Below are positions 30,662 through 40,021 of a stretch of 64,000 nucleotides of DNA, piece after piece. The notes beneath the pieces are model-generated. The model saw nothing but the letters and a program-made list of their open reading frames with translations, had not been told where the DNA came from and did not search any database. The translations under genes and the position numbers were made by a program. The stretch lies in IMG/VR virus record IMGVR_UViG_3300025809_001850; one strand, written 5' to 3'. Source of the DNA: a virus. Taxonomy: Duplodnaviria; Caudoviricetes. Position 1 is the stretch's first letter. Each line of letters begins with the position of its first letter.

Positions 30662-30850
30662 CTATGATTGTTTTGATTCTTCTACCGATGCTTTACGATA
30701 CTCTGTTGCCAGTTTCTTAATTTCTCCGATTGCTTTTCTCGCTCGGGTACCAGCTGCTTTTGTTCCAGTTTCTGCGTTTTGCGTGTGATTATCATCAAAT
30801 GCTTCATACAAAGCCTTGATTTGGTCATATAGTTCTTGTGATTTGCTCAT
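30662..30850 (-). CDS. histone H1-like Hc1-family protein (N-terminal domain only)
   Basis: GTKAAGTRARKA..EIKKLATEYRKAS signature. Confidence 0.8.
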   Translation of the reverse strand: MSKSQELYDQIKALYEAFDDNHTQNAETGTKAAGTRARKAIGEIKKLATEYRKASVEESKQS

Positions 30851-30928
30851 AGTTTTTATGTTTAGGGTTATTCCGTTTGTTAAATAATATTATATTATAG
30901 TGTTTACAGGTTTGATGCAAGTCTTTTT

Positions 30929-31348
30929 TTATGCAAAGAAGATTGTATACGAATCATCATCTGTGGTAATAGACATATGATTGTATATCCAATTTTCAGT
31001 TTGTGAGGTTTTAATGAAGTTTGCATATGCTTCTTCTGTTTTTTCAATTTTGAAAAACTTTCCCGATACTTCATTTGTCTCGTACTTGCTAATAAATTGC
31101 TTGAGATCAATTGCATTCGGATTTTCCGTGAGGAAACCTTCCGTGAATCGTGAAACTGATTCTGTGTTTTGGTTGTAGTGAGTTATTATACTCTCACGAC
31201 AACTGCACTCAGGATCAACCGAAAAACTCAATGCATTGTCTGTCATATCAGGAAATGAATCAATGTATTGGTTCATATACAACTCAGATGTCAATATCAA
31301 CTCAAGTATCAAATTGCTTCCGTAAGAATTTATATTATTTGATTTCAT
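30929..31348 (-). CDS. hypothetical protein
   Basis: 139-aa ORF preceded by TTGACT-N17-TAAGTT-N6-ATG. Confidence 0.7.
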   Translation of the reverse strand: MKSNNINSYGSNLILELILTSELYMNQYIDSFPDMTDNALSFSVDPECSCRESIITHYNQNTESVSRFTEGFLTENPNAIDLKQFISKYETNEVSGKFFKIEKTEEAYANFIKTSQTENWIYNHMSITTDDDSYTIFFA

Positions 31349-31429
31349 ATAATTAACTTATCTCAAAAATATTTTATAGTCAACATTTTTATACTTGTAA
31401 TTTATTTTGTTTATATTATTATATAAACA

Positions 31430-32038
31430 ATGTATCAATATGTAAGTTCATCTGAAAATTTAGTTCTTTTATTGACTCATTACTGGACTCCTCTGAATGT
31501 GACATCTGTCAAAGAGGGTTTAAAGAAATTGATGGGTGCTAAAGAACGATTTCATAAAACACGGCCAAAGGTTGTAGCTGTTGCTAGTGATGGAAATACG
31601 TGTGATTGGGATACTTGGTTGGAATATAAACATGGATTTTATTCCGAACAACCATTTATTCGTTCAGTTAATCATGTTATACCAGTTCCCACTATATTGC
31701 TCACAACTGCAAACTTCACATATAATGCGAAACGGAAACCATCATTAAAGTATTTGTACAAGAAATATGAAGGATTGTGTCAAATATGTGGAAACCACTT
31801 TCCTCAAAATCAACTAACTATTGAACACATCAAACCAAAAAGTAAAGGTGGTGACAACGATTATTTCAATTTAACACTAACCTGTGTAAAGTGTAACTCT
31901 CGCAAAGGAAGTATATTTCCTTATTATGATTTTAAAGGAGAGATTCTTAAAGCAGAACCACCAAAACCTTTTTATGAAGTTGGAAATGTTATACGAGAAG
32001 AATGGAAACCATTTCTTTTTAAAAATTCTTCTTTTTAA
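31430..32038 (+). CDS. HNH endonuclease
   Basis: CQICG...TIEHIKPKSKGG...NLTLTCVKCNSRKG. Confidence 0.92.
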   Translation: MYQYVSSSENLVLLLTHYWTPLNVTSVKEGLKKLMGAKERFHKTRPKVVAVASDGNTCDWDTWLEYKHGFYSEQPFIRSVNHVIPVPTILLTTANFTYNAKRKPSLKYLYKKYEGLCQICGNHFPQNQLTIEHIKPKSKGGDNDYFNLTLTCVKCNSRKGSIFPYYDFKGEILKAEPPKPFYEVGNVIREEWKPFLFKNSSF

Positions 32039-32041
32039 TTG

Positions 32042-32070
32042 TTGACATTTCTTATAAAAACAAGTATAGT
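32042..32070 (+). promoter_or_regulatory. sigma70-type promoter of tRNA cluster
   Basis: TTGACA-N17-TATAGT. Confidence 0.8.
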
Positions 32071-32170
32071 AAAATCATAGTTAAAACTTCCTGTGTAGTT
32101 AACATAGGCACAACGTCCAATTAGGGGTGTCCAAACCATTTTAATGAGAGGGGCAAATGTTTTATTTCAC

Positions 32171-32246
32171 GCATCGGTGGCTCGAATGGCTAGGCAAGGG
32201 ACTGCAAATCCCTATCATGCAGGTTCGAGTCCTGTCCGATGCTCCA
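32171..32246 (+). tRNA. tRNA-Cys(GCA)
   Basis: GCATCGG/CCGATGC acceptor, AGGGA-CTGCAAA-TCCCT, GGTTCGA, U73, CCA. Confidence 0.95.
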
Positions 32247-32258
32247 TATCAATTTTAT

Positions 32259-32334
32259 GCCACTTTAGCTCAGATGGTAGAGCACCTCACTTGTAATGAG
32301 GATGTCGTCAGTTCGATCCTGACAAGTGGCTCCA
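32259..32334 (+). tRNA. tRNA-Thr(TGT)
   Basis: GCCACTT/AAGTGGC, CCTCA-CTTGTAA-TGAGG, CCA. Confidence 0.95.
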
Positions 32335-32340
32335 CCTTTT

Positions 32341-32417
32341 CTCCTCATCGTCTAGCCAGGTTAGGACACATGGTTTTCATCCATGCAACCGGAGTTCGAA
32401 TCTCCGTGAGGAGGCCA
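32341..32417 (+). tRNA. tRNA-Glu(TTC)
   Basis: CTCCTCA/TGAGGAG, CATGG-TTTTCAT-CCATG, CCA. Confidence 0.93.
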
Positions 32418-32422
32418 GTTTG

Positions 32423-32511
32423 GGAGAGGTGACAGAGTGGTTTAATGTGCAACATTGGAAATGTTGTGTTGTGTAATGCAACCTCAGGTTCGAATTCTGT
32501 CCTCTCCTCCA
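32423..32511 (+). tRNA. tRNA-Ser(GGA)
   Basis: GGAGAGG/CCTCTCC, CAACA-TTGGAAA-TGTTG, long variable arm, CCA. Confidence 0.88.
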
Positions 32512-32544
32512 GTTTTTATCATATAGTTATATTTATATATTCAC

Positions 32545-33276
32545 ATGGAAATACCACAACTAAAAAAACTCATTCAAACTTGTATATCTGAACTTCTTTC
32601 GGAAGAGGGTGGTTTTAAATATAATGTTGCAAGTTTGAGTCTAGATAAAGCACGAGATTATGCTGAATCTGAATTTACTAACGCAGGTAAAACGTTAAAT
32701 GAAGTTATTCCCGAGTTTGATAAAAACTATATGAATCTTCAAAGGGCGTGTAAATCTGCATTAGATATTCCACGAATTGATATGCCCGTGATAGAACCAA
32801 CCGATATGAAAATGTTTACCAAAAAACTTGCTCTTGGTCATATTGATATTTTCAAACCATATAAAGTAGATAACTTTATTTCAAGGTTTCCAAAGGCATT
32901 AAATAAAAAGAACGGAAAGCAGTGGGTAAAACTTGGAATGCAAGATGGTGATCCAACGGATGATGTTATTAAAGGTAAATGGACAAAGTTTCCTGCAAAG
33001 AATCTCAAACCCACTCAAAGTCAGATTTGGTTGGAAAAACTAGTAGGTAATATTATTCAGTTTGGTGTACCAGAAGACGGATCACCACTCACCAAGGCAT
33101 CTGTTATTGCTTCGCAGGAAGGTTATATATTAGATGGTCACCACAGGTACGGACAAGCAATGCTTGCTAATCCACCATTAAAGCTGTCGGCACTTTATAT
33201 ACCATTAGATATCAAAACACTACTGGCAATGGGTAGATCATATGGCAATGCCATCGGCAATAAACAAAAAGGTTAA
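32545..33276 (+). CDS. ParB/Srx-fold protein, probable virion cargo
   Basis: LKPTQ and YILDGHHR; N-terminal LKKLIQTCISELLSE. Confidence 0.75.
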   Translation: MEIPQLKKLIQTCISELLSEEGGFKYNVASLSLDKARDYAESEFTNAGKTLNEVIPEFDKNYMNLQRACKSALDIPRIDMPVIEPTDMKMFTKKLALGHIDIFKPYKVDNFISRFPKALNKKNGKQWVKLGMQDGDPTDDVIKGKWTKFPAKNLKPTQSQIWLEKLVGNIIQFGVPEDGSPLTKASVIASQEGYILDGHHRYGQAMLANPPLKLSALYIPLDIKTLLAMGRSYGNAIGNKQKG

Positions 33277-33290
33277 CTTAATAAACTTTA

Positions 33291-33366
33291 GGGGATGTAG
33301 CTCAGTTGGAAGAGCATCTGATTTGCATTCAGAAGGTCATCGGTTCGATCCCGTTCATCTCCACCA
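33291..33366 (+). tRNA. tRNA-Ala(TGC)
   Basis: GGGGATG/CATCTCC with G3:U70, TCTGA-TTTGCAT-TCAGA, CCA. Confidence 0.95.
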
Positions 33367-33384
33367 CTTTAGCAAAGAAATAAT

Positions 33385-33570
33385 ATGAAAGTAGAAATAG
33401 ATAAAGAAACCAACGAGGTAATTATTCGTTTACCAATAGAAAAAGAACCAAAGAGCTCTGCAAGTGGAAAAACAAAAATCATCGCATCGTCAAGTGGACG
33501 AAACGTTACAACCGAATCTTATGATGGTAAGCAACTGATGGTAACTGCAAGTGTTTATTATAAACCCTAA
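33385..33570 (+). CDS. hypothetical protein
   Basis: 61 aa with SASGKTKIIAS motif. Confidence 0.7.
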   Translation: MKVEIDKETNEVIIRLPIEKEPKSSASGKTKIIASSSGRNVTTESYDGKQLMVTASVYYKP

Positions 33571-33602
33571 GTTTTTTTGTAAAAGATATATATTTATTGT
33601 TT

Positions 33603-34526
33603 ATGAAGTCCGAAAATATTATTTGTGAAGAGTGGAGAGGGTATAAACCCAATATGTCTGTCCAAGTCGTTGGTGTTAAAAATGGAAAAATTACGTCCAA
33701 TGGTGGTGGAGTTGAGGTGTTCAGAAATCTTAAAGATGCACAAACGGCATTTCCTGACATTGATCCCGGGGAAAACACAAAGAGGTTTACATGGGTAACC
33801 CGTGGTCAAGTTAAAGGAAAGGATGCAGGACGGTTTGAAACATGGCAAGCAGAAAGAATGTATTCAATGGAAGAAGAAGTTCTACACAAAGCAGTTGTTG
33901 AAACAAAATTTAATTCAAGAATTCTACCTGCTAATGTAGAAGACATTGAAATGAAAACTTTAATTGTTGCAATCGGAAGTGCAGTTGTTGGTTTATTGGA
34001 CAAAATTAAAAAGAACACCGGTTCAAATGCAAATCCTGTTAGTTTACAGATTATTAAAGGTGGTGATGCAATTAAGAATGCACTTAAAAGTCATCTTGAT
34101 TTAAAAGGAAAGGAGGCACTTGTGGCATTCTTCAAAGAAACAAACAAACACTTCGATGCGTCTGCTCCCGTTATATCAAGTATAGTAAGGAAATATAAAT
34201 TGAAATCAGATAAATATAGTGGTAAAGTATTTGCAGAACAAGAAACAAAATTACGTGAACTTGTTCGTGGTTATTTAAAAAATAAACTTAATGTAAACGA
34301 AGCAAAGAAAAGCAAAATGATTCCTATGGAAAAATATGGAGCTGCTTATATGGTAGACAACGGAACTCTTATGTCAGTTGCTATGTTGCGTGATGGTAGT
34401 TTTGAAACATTTGACGGAGATTTAGATTGGGGTGAAGTTACTGCTCCTGAAGATCAAAAGTTTCTTGATGATATCAACAAAAAATTTAAGACGAAGTTCA
34501 AACTAGATGACTTCGCAGGCAGATAA
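33603..34526 (+). CDS. modular hypothetical protein, probable virion cargo
   Basis: ATG 33603 lies 5 nt after TATATTTAT; ICE/VVE/VNE junctions. Confidence 0.7.
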   Translation: MKSENIICEEWRGYKPNMSVQVVGVKNGKITSNGGGVEVFRNLKDAQTAFPDIDPGENTKRFTWVTRGQVKGKDAGRFETWQAERMYSMEEEVLHKAVVETKFNSRILPANVEDIEMKTLIVAIGSAVVGLLDKIKKNTGSNANPVSLQIIKGGDAIKNALKSHLDLKGKEALVAFFKETNKHFDASAPVISSIVRKYKLKSDKYSGKVFAEQETKLRELVRGYLKNKLNVNEAKKSKMIPMEKYGAAYMVDNGTLMSVAMLRDGSFETFDGDLDWGEVTAPEDQKFLDDINKKFKTKFKLDDFAGR

Positions 34527-34607
34527 ATGGAACTCTTAATCTGTGTTGGTGCTTCTGCTTTGGTAGTGTGCTTTCTTTACGGAACGATTTTGTTATTATC
34601 AAATTAA
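34527..34607 (+). CDS. 26-aa hydrophobic microprotein (not in ORF track)
   Basis: MELLICVGASALVVCFLYGTILLLSN, starting immediately after previous stop. Confidence 0.45.
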   Translation: MELLICVGASALVVCFLYGTILLLSN

Positions 34608-34646
34608 TCCACACAAAATTCATTTATTATAATATTTATAGATGTT

Positions 34647-34973
34647 ATGAGTAATAAAGACGAATTTAAAGGAAAACCGTTTACGAAAGATAATCGTGAA
34701 CACGCATTAAAAGATATCACCCCGCTCAACATGGATGATAAAAGAACTGTATGTAATGTAATTCGTCTTATATACCAAAACGCAGATGATGAAGCATTTA
34801 ATTTAGGTGCTATCCGTGAACTTGCCTTGGAAGCAATGTGGATGGGTAAACGAATGAACAACAAGTTAACCGAACACCGAAGAGCAGAGTTGAAGACTGA
34901 ATATATAAAACAATCCGACAGTTATTTAAATTGTAACTATGATATGTATCCTGCCCAAGGAAATTGGGATTGA
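34647..34973 (+). CDS. hypothetical protein
   Basis: 108-aa ORF; ATATTTAT 7 nt upstream. Confidence 0.75.
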   Translation: MSNKDEFKGKPFTKDNREHALKDITPLNMDDKRTVCNVIRLIYQNADDEAFNLGAIRELALEAMWMGKRMNNKLTEHRRAELKTEYIKQSDSYLNCNYDMYPAQGNWD

Positions 34974-35004
34974 TTTTCACGTCATCTAATATATATATAT
35001 TGGG

Positions 35005-36558
35005 ATGACTAAACTCAAGTGCATAAAAACATCATGCTCATATCCAGAAACGTGTGACTGGAATAATATGTGTATGCTAGAACAACTTGAAATAAGTAAT
35101 TCTGCAAGAGCAAACAAAACCTCAGTTGATACAATTGGGGTTCTTTTGTGTCATGGGTTTCTAAGCAAACATGAACAAATGGTCCCATTAAGCAATTATA
35201 TATACGAAACGCTTGGGTGGGAAACAAGTTTAGTGGAATTAACTGGACACGGATATGATCAAGAAAATATTGCAACTGCAACTTGGAACAACTGGGTTGA
35301 TGATGTAAAAGAAAAGTATTTAAATTTAAAACAAAGGTGCAATAAAGTTTATATGATTGGGTTTTCTTTGGGTGGTTGTATATCTGCATATGTTGCTAGT
35401 TTAAAAAGCATAAGACCTGAAGGATTAATTATTGTAAATGGTGTATTTGGTGTTAAGAACGTTTTCAACAAACTTCTTCCTGGTGTGATGGTATACAACA
35501 AAATATGCAATAAACTAAATTTACAAAAGATAATGTTAGAATCAATTACTAATGATAGTGAGGATCCTGATCTAAATCAACCTCTTGTTAATTTGTCGGC
35601 AACAAACGAACTACGTAAAATGTCTAAAATAGCAGGTACTATATTACAAGATGTGAAGTGTCCTACCTTTTTAATTCAAGAATACAATGATCCAACTGTA
35701 TTTTATGGAAGTGGAAAACGAGCATTTAAAAAACTTGGTGCTACTTTCAAACGATTTTATACAACCAAGTTAAATACTCATCTTACAATTCACGACAAAG
35801 GACTTGAGTGTAGTGTGTTTTGTAAGATATTGGAATTTCTAAAAGATGTAGAAAAAGATGATTTTGTTAATATTGCTCATCGTGGAGCAAGTGGTGATTT
35901 TACTGAAAATACATTGCAAGCATTTGAAGAAGCAATTGATCGTGGGTGTGATGCGATTGAATTTGATGTGCAAAGTATAGGAAATCGTTTTAGAATTTTT
36001 CACGACTGTAACTTTAATAGAATGTTTGGTGTTGATTTAAAAACCAACGAAGCATCTGAAGCAGATGTAAATAAACTAATATATCCTAATCTTGAGAAAC
36101 TTCCTACATTACAACAAACACTTGATTGTATAAATGGTCGTGTTGATGTTAATGTAGAAATCAAAAGCAATCAAGCAGCCTTAAATATTGCTAATATAGC
36201 AGAATCATATTTAGAAAAACCAGAGTGGAAAAACAAAAGCATTACTTTATCTTGTTTTAGTCTTGCTACTATAAACACTATACATAGATTTAAAAAGAAA
36301 ATAAAACTTTCATATTTGTTGTACGATCAGTATTGTAATTTAGAAGAAATCAAACGACTTAAAGATGATTACATTAAGTATAATATTCATTCTTTGAATC
36401 TTCCACTTGAAAGTATTTCCGAGAAAATTATCGAGTATTGCGTAAACAACAACATACGAATATATGTATATACCGTAAATGAAATCAAACAAATTCGGTA
36501 TTTACGAGAGTTGGGTGTTAATGGTGTATTTACCGACTTTCCCAAATTGATACGATAA
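35005..36558 (+). CDS. alpha/beta-hydrolase fused to glycerophosphodiester phosphodiesterase
   Basis: LCHGF, GFSLGG, DPTV and TH, then IAHRGASG..ENT..EFDVQ..FHD. Confidence 0.9.
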   Translation: MTKLKCIKTSCSYPETCDWNNMCMLEQLEISNSARANKTSVDTIGVLLCHGFLSKHEQMVPLSNYIYETLGWETSLVELTGHGYDQENIATATWNNWVDDVKEKYLNLKQRCNKVYMIGFSLGGCISAYVASLKSIRPEGLIIVNGVFGVKNVFNKLLPGVMVYNKICNKLNLQKIMLESITNDSEDPDLNQPLVNLSATNELRKMSKIAGTILQDVKCPTFLIQEYNDPTVFYGSGKRAFKKLGATFKRFYTTKLNTHLTIHDKGLECSVFCKILEFLKDVEKDDFVNIAHRGASGDFTENTLQAFEEAIDRGCDAIEFDVQSIGNRFRIFHDCNFNRMFGVDLKTNEASEADVNKLIYPNLEKLPTLQQTLDCINGRVDVNVEIKSNQAALNIANIAESYLEKPEWKNKSITLSCFSLATINTIHRFKKKIKLSYLLYDQYCNLEEIKRLKDDYIKYNIHSLNLPLESISEKIIEYCVNNNIRIYVYTVNEIKQIRYLRELGVNGVFTDFPKLIR

Positions 36559-36585
36559 AATTGTTTTAATATATATTTATTCATC

Positions 36586-38142
36586 ATGGATGTTGTTGAA
36601 CATTATCTATCGGAGATTGATTTAACCGATGTTTCTTCTGAGTTAAGAACTTTGATGCGTGAAGCTGCCACTACAAATGCCTCGGATGCCGAAGTTGCTA
36701 TATGTGTTGCGTATAACATCAAACAAGGTAAGAAGGAAGCAGATGCTCTTAAATCGGCAGGTGTAGACAAAGCAACTTGGAAAAAGATTAAAGCAAACAA
36801 ATTAGTGTATAATGCAGGTAAAAAAGTTGCGAAAGGATTAAAGAACATCGGTGGTACTTTATTGTGGTCAGGAAAAACATCTGCATCTACATTTTACAAA
36901 AACGGAAAAAAAGAAGCATCAAAAGCAGACTTGGTTGGAAACAATCGGAATCGGTTGTCTGTAAAGCAAGCAAGTAGTTCTGCAAAAAGTGCTCAACTTG
37001 TAAGTGGAACTTCCGGTGAAGCAAGTGGAGTATTTGAATTTGCCGTTAAACATTTAGAAGCAAGTGGTGGAAAACTGACATCTGATTCTGAGATAAAAGA
37101 GTTGTTTGATATTTTTGAAAAAGAAATGTCAAAAGCAATTCGCACGGATATAAATGTAGAAGTTGGTAAAGGTAAAAAAGATTTTCGTGATTGGGTTATA
37201 TCCGACAGTGGTCGTTATGATGTTGTTAAGTCAAAAGCAAAACAAGCAACGGACGATGAAATTAAACGACACATTCGTGCAGAGTTGGCAGTTAATAATG
37301 CTATATCAAATGCAGATGCTCCTAAACTTCAAGGAGATTACATCAAAGGAGTTAAACCACTAACTGCAAAACAAATCAGCAAAATGCGTTCTGATTATAT
37401 TTCATCGGATATGAAAATCGGTGATGTTACAATTGCAAAGGATTATCTTGAAAAAGCAGATGTTCCTTCTGATTTATTAACCAAAGAAGCACTTAGAACT
37501 CAAATAATGGATTTGATTGATGTGGCATTAAAAGCAGATACTTGGAAAACTCGTATTCGTGAGATTATGCAAAACAACGCAGAACTTAAAAAGTGGATTG
37601 TGTATGAAGCTGCAAGTGGTCTTGGTAAGTTTACTGGTAAAGCATCTAAAGGAGGAAACTACTTTGGTGATAATACTGCGGTTGCTAACAAGATATTGGT
37701 ATTTGATTCTAACGGTGTAAAGAAAGTACACGATTTATTCAAGTGGTCACAAAGCAATGGTAATCTTTGTAATAATGTTGATATTAGTTTCAAAGGAAGT
37801 GGTCGCAGAAAATTCATTAAGTTTGGATTGGCTGCTGAGTCTATTAATAGCAACATAGAAAATATCATAACCGAGGAATACAATAAACTTGAAGATCAAT
37901 TGAAACTACTCAACGAAGGTAAAATTTGGGACACCATAAAAAGTGGATTTGATTCTGCGTCAACTTGGGTTAAAGCATCATATGATAAAATTGAAGTTTT
38001 ACTTTTGCAGTTTTATGAAAATGCTATAAAGAAGGTTCTTGATTACTTTTGGGAACTATTTCAAAAAGGATTAAGTCCCGTACTTGAAAAAATGGGATTT
38101 ATTATGGAGGGTGTTTGTTCGTTATCTGTTCCTGTTTGGTAA
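36586..38142 (+). CDS. PD-(D/E)XK-like protein paralogue A
   Basis: DAEVAI...SKADL...LSVK...AQLVS; shares EAASG.GKF and SFKGSG with paralogue B. Confidence 0.6.
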   Translation: MDVVEHYLSEIDLTDVSSELRTLMREAATTNASDAEVAICVAYNIKQGKKEADALKSAGVDKATWKKIKANKLVYNAGKKVAKGLKNIGGTLLWSGKTSASTFYKNGKKEASKADLVGNNRNRLSVKQASSSAKSAQLVSGTSGEASGVFEFAVKHLEASGGKLTSDSEIKELFDIFEKEMSKAIRTDINVEVGKGKKDFRDWVISDSGRYDVVKSKAKQATDDEIKRHIRAELAVNNAISNADAPKLQGDYIKGVKPLTAKQISKMRSDYISSDMKIGDVTIAKDYLEKADVPSDLLTKEALRTQIMDLIDVALKADTWKTRIREIMQNNAELKKWIVYEAASGLGKFTGKASKGGNYFGDNTAVANKILVFDSNGVKKVHDLFKWSQSNGNLCNNVDISFKGSGRRKFIKFGLAAESINSNIENIITEEYNKLEDQLKLLNEGKIWDTIKSGFDSASTWVKASYDKIEVLLLQFYENAIKKVLDYFWELFQKGLSPVLEKMGFIMEGVCSLSVPVW

Positions 38143-38171
38143 TAAAATATCTTTGATATATATTTATTGTC

Positions 38172-39800
38172 GTGGATATTGTAGAACATTATTTGAATAA
38201 GTCTCTGATTACATCTATTGCGTATGAAGATGTTTTGTGTGAACTTGCTTTACACGATTTGTTTAAACGTGACAACAAGCAAAGGTTCATTGACAAAGTT
38301 GATAGCAACGAAGTTCTTGATGATAAAAATAATCCTCTTAAAATAAAAAGTGGTACTACTGCTTTGTGGAAAGATATGAAGAAGCAACTTTTATCTGCAA
38401 CAGACAAAGATGGAATTTCTGATTGGGGTGGTCGTGGTGAAACCAAGATAAAGCAACTATTTGGTGTTCCTATTAGTAAAATAGGTAAATCACAAAATGA
38501 TATGAGTGGTGGTGCGAGTAGTGGTAATCCAAGTGGAGAAGATTGGGAGGCAATGATTGCTATTGGTCTTGCTACTATTGAAAAGAAAGACCCATCAAAA
38601 GAAGTACCTGACGAATGGTCTAGGATAGAAAGAAAAGGTTTTTGGGATAGTGAATTTAATCGTGACATTGCAGAAAAGATTGCAAGTGCATTTAAGAAAA
38701 ACGGATATGCACCCATTTCACAAACTGGTAGTGGAAAGGGTGGTGCAGGGGTATCAAGTGAATGGGGAGAGATATTTAAAGAATACGGAAGTGGTAGTAT
38801 GAACAAAACTCCAAAGACTGATATCAAGGGTGGTTCAAAGAAAATTTCATTAAAGAAAGCAGGTGGTTCTCAAGCAATGAGTGCCAAGCAAGCAGAAGCA
38901 GCTTCTACATTCGGAGCAGCTGTTAGTATGTATGGCAAGAATTATCCGAGCAGTGTAAATAAAATCTTAGATTCATTTAAAAGTTCAATTCTTGATTTAT
39001 CTGAAAGTGGTTATCGTGGTAGTATATCTGCTCTTGAAAAAGACATCAAAGCAAGTGAGGGTGATCCAAAGAAAATGAAGAAACTTAAACCCGTGGTTGA
39101 TAATTTGAAGCAAGCAAGAGATGATGGTAAGTTTATTACATCGGAAATGAATCGTTTGTTTTTAAGTGATTCAAAATTTAAAGACTTGTTTGTATTTGAA
39201 GCAGCTACCGGTTCTGTTAAGTTTGGAGATTCATCGGAAAGTCGTGCTGATACTATGGTGGAAATTGATACTGATAGTGGTAAAATTACATCACAATACA
39301 AAATGAATTCTCCAAGTGATATTTCTTCGTTGGCAAGTCAATATAAATTTTATTTGTCATTCAAAACAAGTGGTAATAGCACTCCTTATATGGCACTCCG
39401 AGGAAATATGGAACAAGACCCAAAGAAGGTTACTGCGTGGATGAAGAAGCAGGTTGTAGAAAATAAAAACTTTTCAACGATATGTCCAACATTTTCTACT
39501 ATTATTCAAGAAGGTTTCAAACAAGACGAATTTGGAAAAAGATTATTAACTGAATCGAGTTATCAAAATCTCAATGAATGGCAATTACTTAAAAAAGTTC
39601 GTGACGGAATAACATCTGTTAGCAACAAAGTAAAAGACCGTTTTGTTAAAATATGGAATTGGATTTCCGAACGAGTTTCAATTGCATTTGATTGGTTAAA
39701 GAAACAAGGAGCAAAAGCACTTGTTTATCTTCAAAAGTTTTTTGGAGTGAAACTTGACAAGTGTGGAATAAACGGAAAAATAGAACTTTTCTCTGCGTAA
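38172..39800 (+). CDS. PD-(D/E)XK-like protein paralogue B
   Basis: DWEAMI...TPKTDI...ISLKKAGGSQAMS; EAATG.VKF and SFKTSG; GTG start. Confidence 0.65.
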   Translation: MDIVEHYLNKSLITSIAYEDVLCELALHDLFKRDNKQRFIDKVDSNEVLDDKNNPLKIKSGTTALWKDMKKQLLSATDKDGISDWGGRGETKIKQLFGVPISKIGKSQNDMSGGASSGNPSGEDWEAMIAIGLATIEKKDPSKEVPDEWSRIERKGFWDSEFNRDIAEKIASAFKKNGYAPISQTGSGKGGAGVSSEWGEIFKEYGSGSMNKTPKTDIKGGSKKISLKKAGGSQAMSAKQAEAASTFGAAVSMYGKNYPSSVNKILDSFKSSILDLSESGYRGSISALEKDIKASEGDPKKMKKLKPVVDNLKQARDDGKFITSEMNRLFLSDSKFKDLFVFEAATGSVKFGDSSESRADTMVEIDTDSGKITSQYKMNSPSDISSLASQYKFYLSFKTSGNSTPYMALRGNMEQDPKKVTAWMKKQVVENKNFSTICPTFSTIIQEGFKQDEFGKRLLTESSYQNLNEWQLLKKVRDGITSVSNKVKDRFVKIWNWISERVSIAFDWLKKQGAKALVYLQKFFGVKLDKCGINGKIELFSA

Positions 39801-39805
39801 GAATA

Positions 39806-39976
39806 TTAAGAAGTTTGAGTTTCTAATTGAACTCTGACATACGGTTCACTCGTTTCGTCTTCATCTATATCGGCAATGTTACAATTTACCAACTTTAAAG
39901 GTAATTTATCAACCGACCCGTCTACATCAAACGAACACAAGTCGTTTCCAAAGTAATCTTCTATTTTAATTTTCAT
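39806..39976 (-). CDS. 56-aa acidic protein (not in ORF track)
   Basis: MKIKIEDYFGNDLCSFDVDG...; own promoter TTGACT-N17-TATATT-N6-ATG. Confidence 0.65.
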   Translation of the reverse strand: MKIKIEDYFGNDLCSFDVDGSVDKLPLKLVNCNIADIDEDETSEPYVRVQLETQTS

Positions 39977-40021
39977 ATATATAATATAATATTATTATTA
40001 TAATAAGTCAAGGTATTTATA

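Noticed and set aside
32071-32170. Possible sixth tRNA or ncRNA (CCTGTGT-AGTTA-ACATAGG hairpin, D-arm-like TAGTT..AAC)
   Set aside because: No T-loop, acceptor stem or CCA; likely just the tRNA operon leader.
32157-32432. 91-aa ORF in the track
   Set aside because: Overlaps three clear tRNA genes; spurious.
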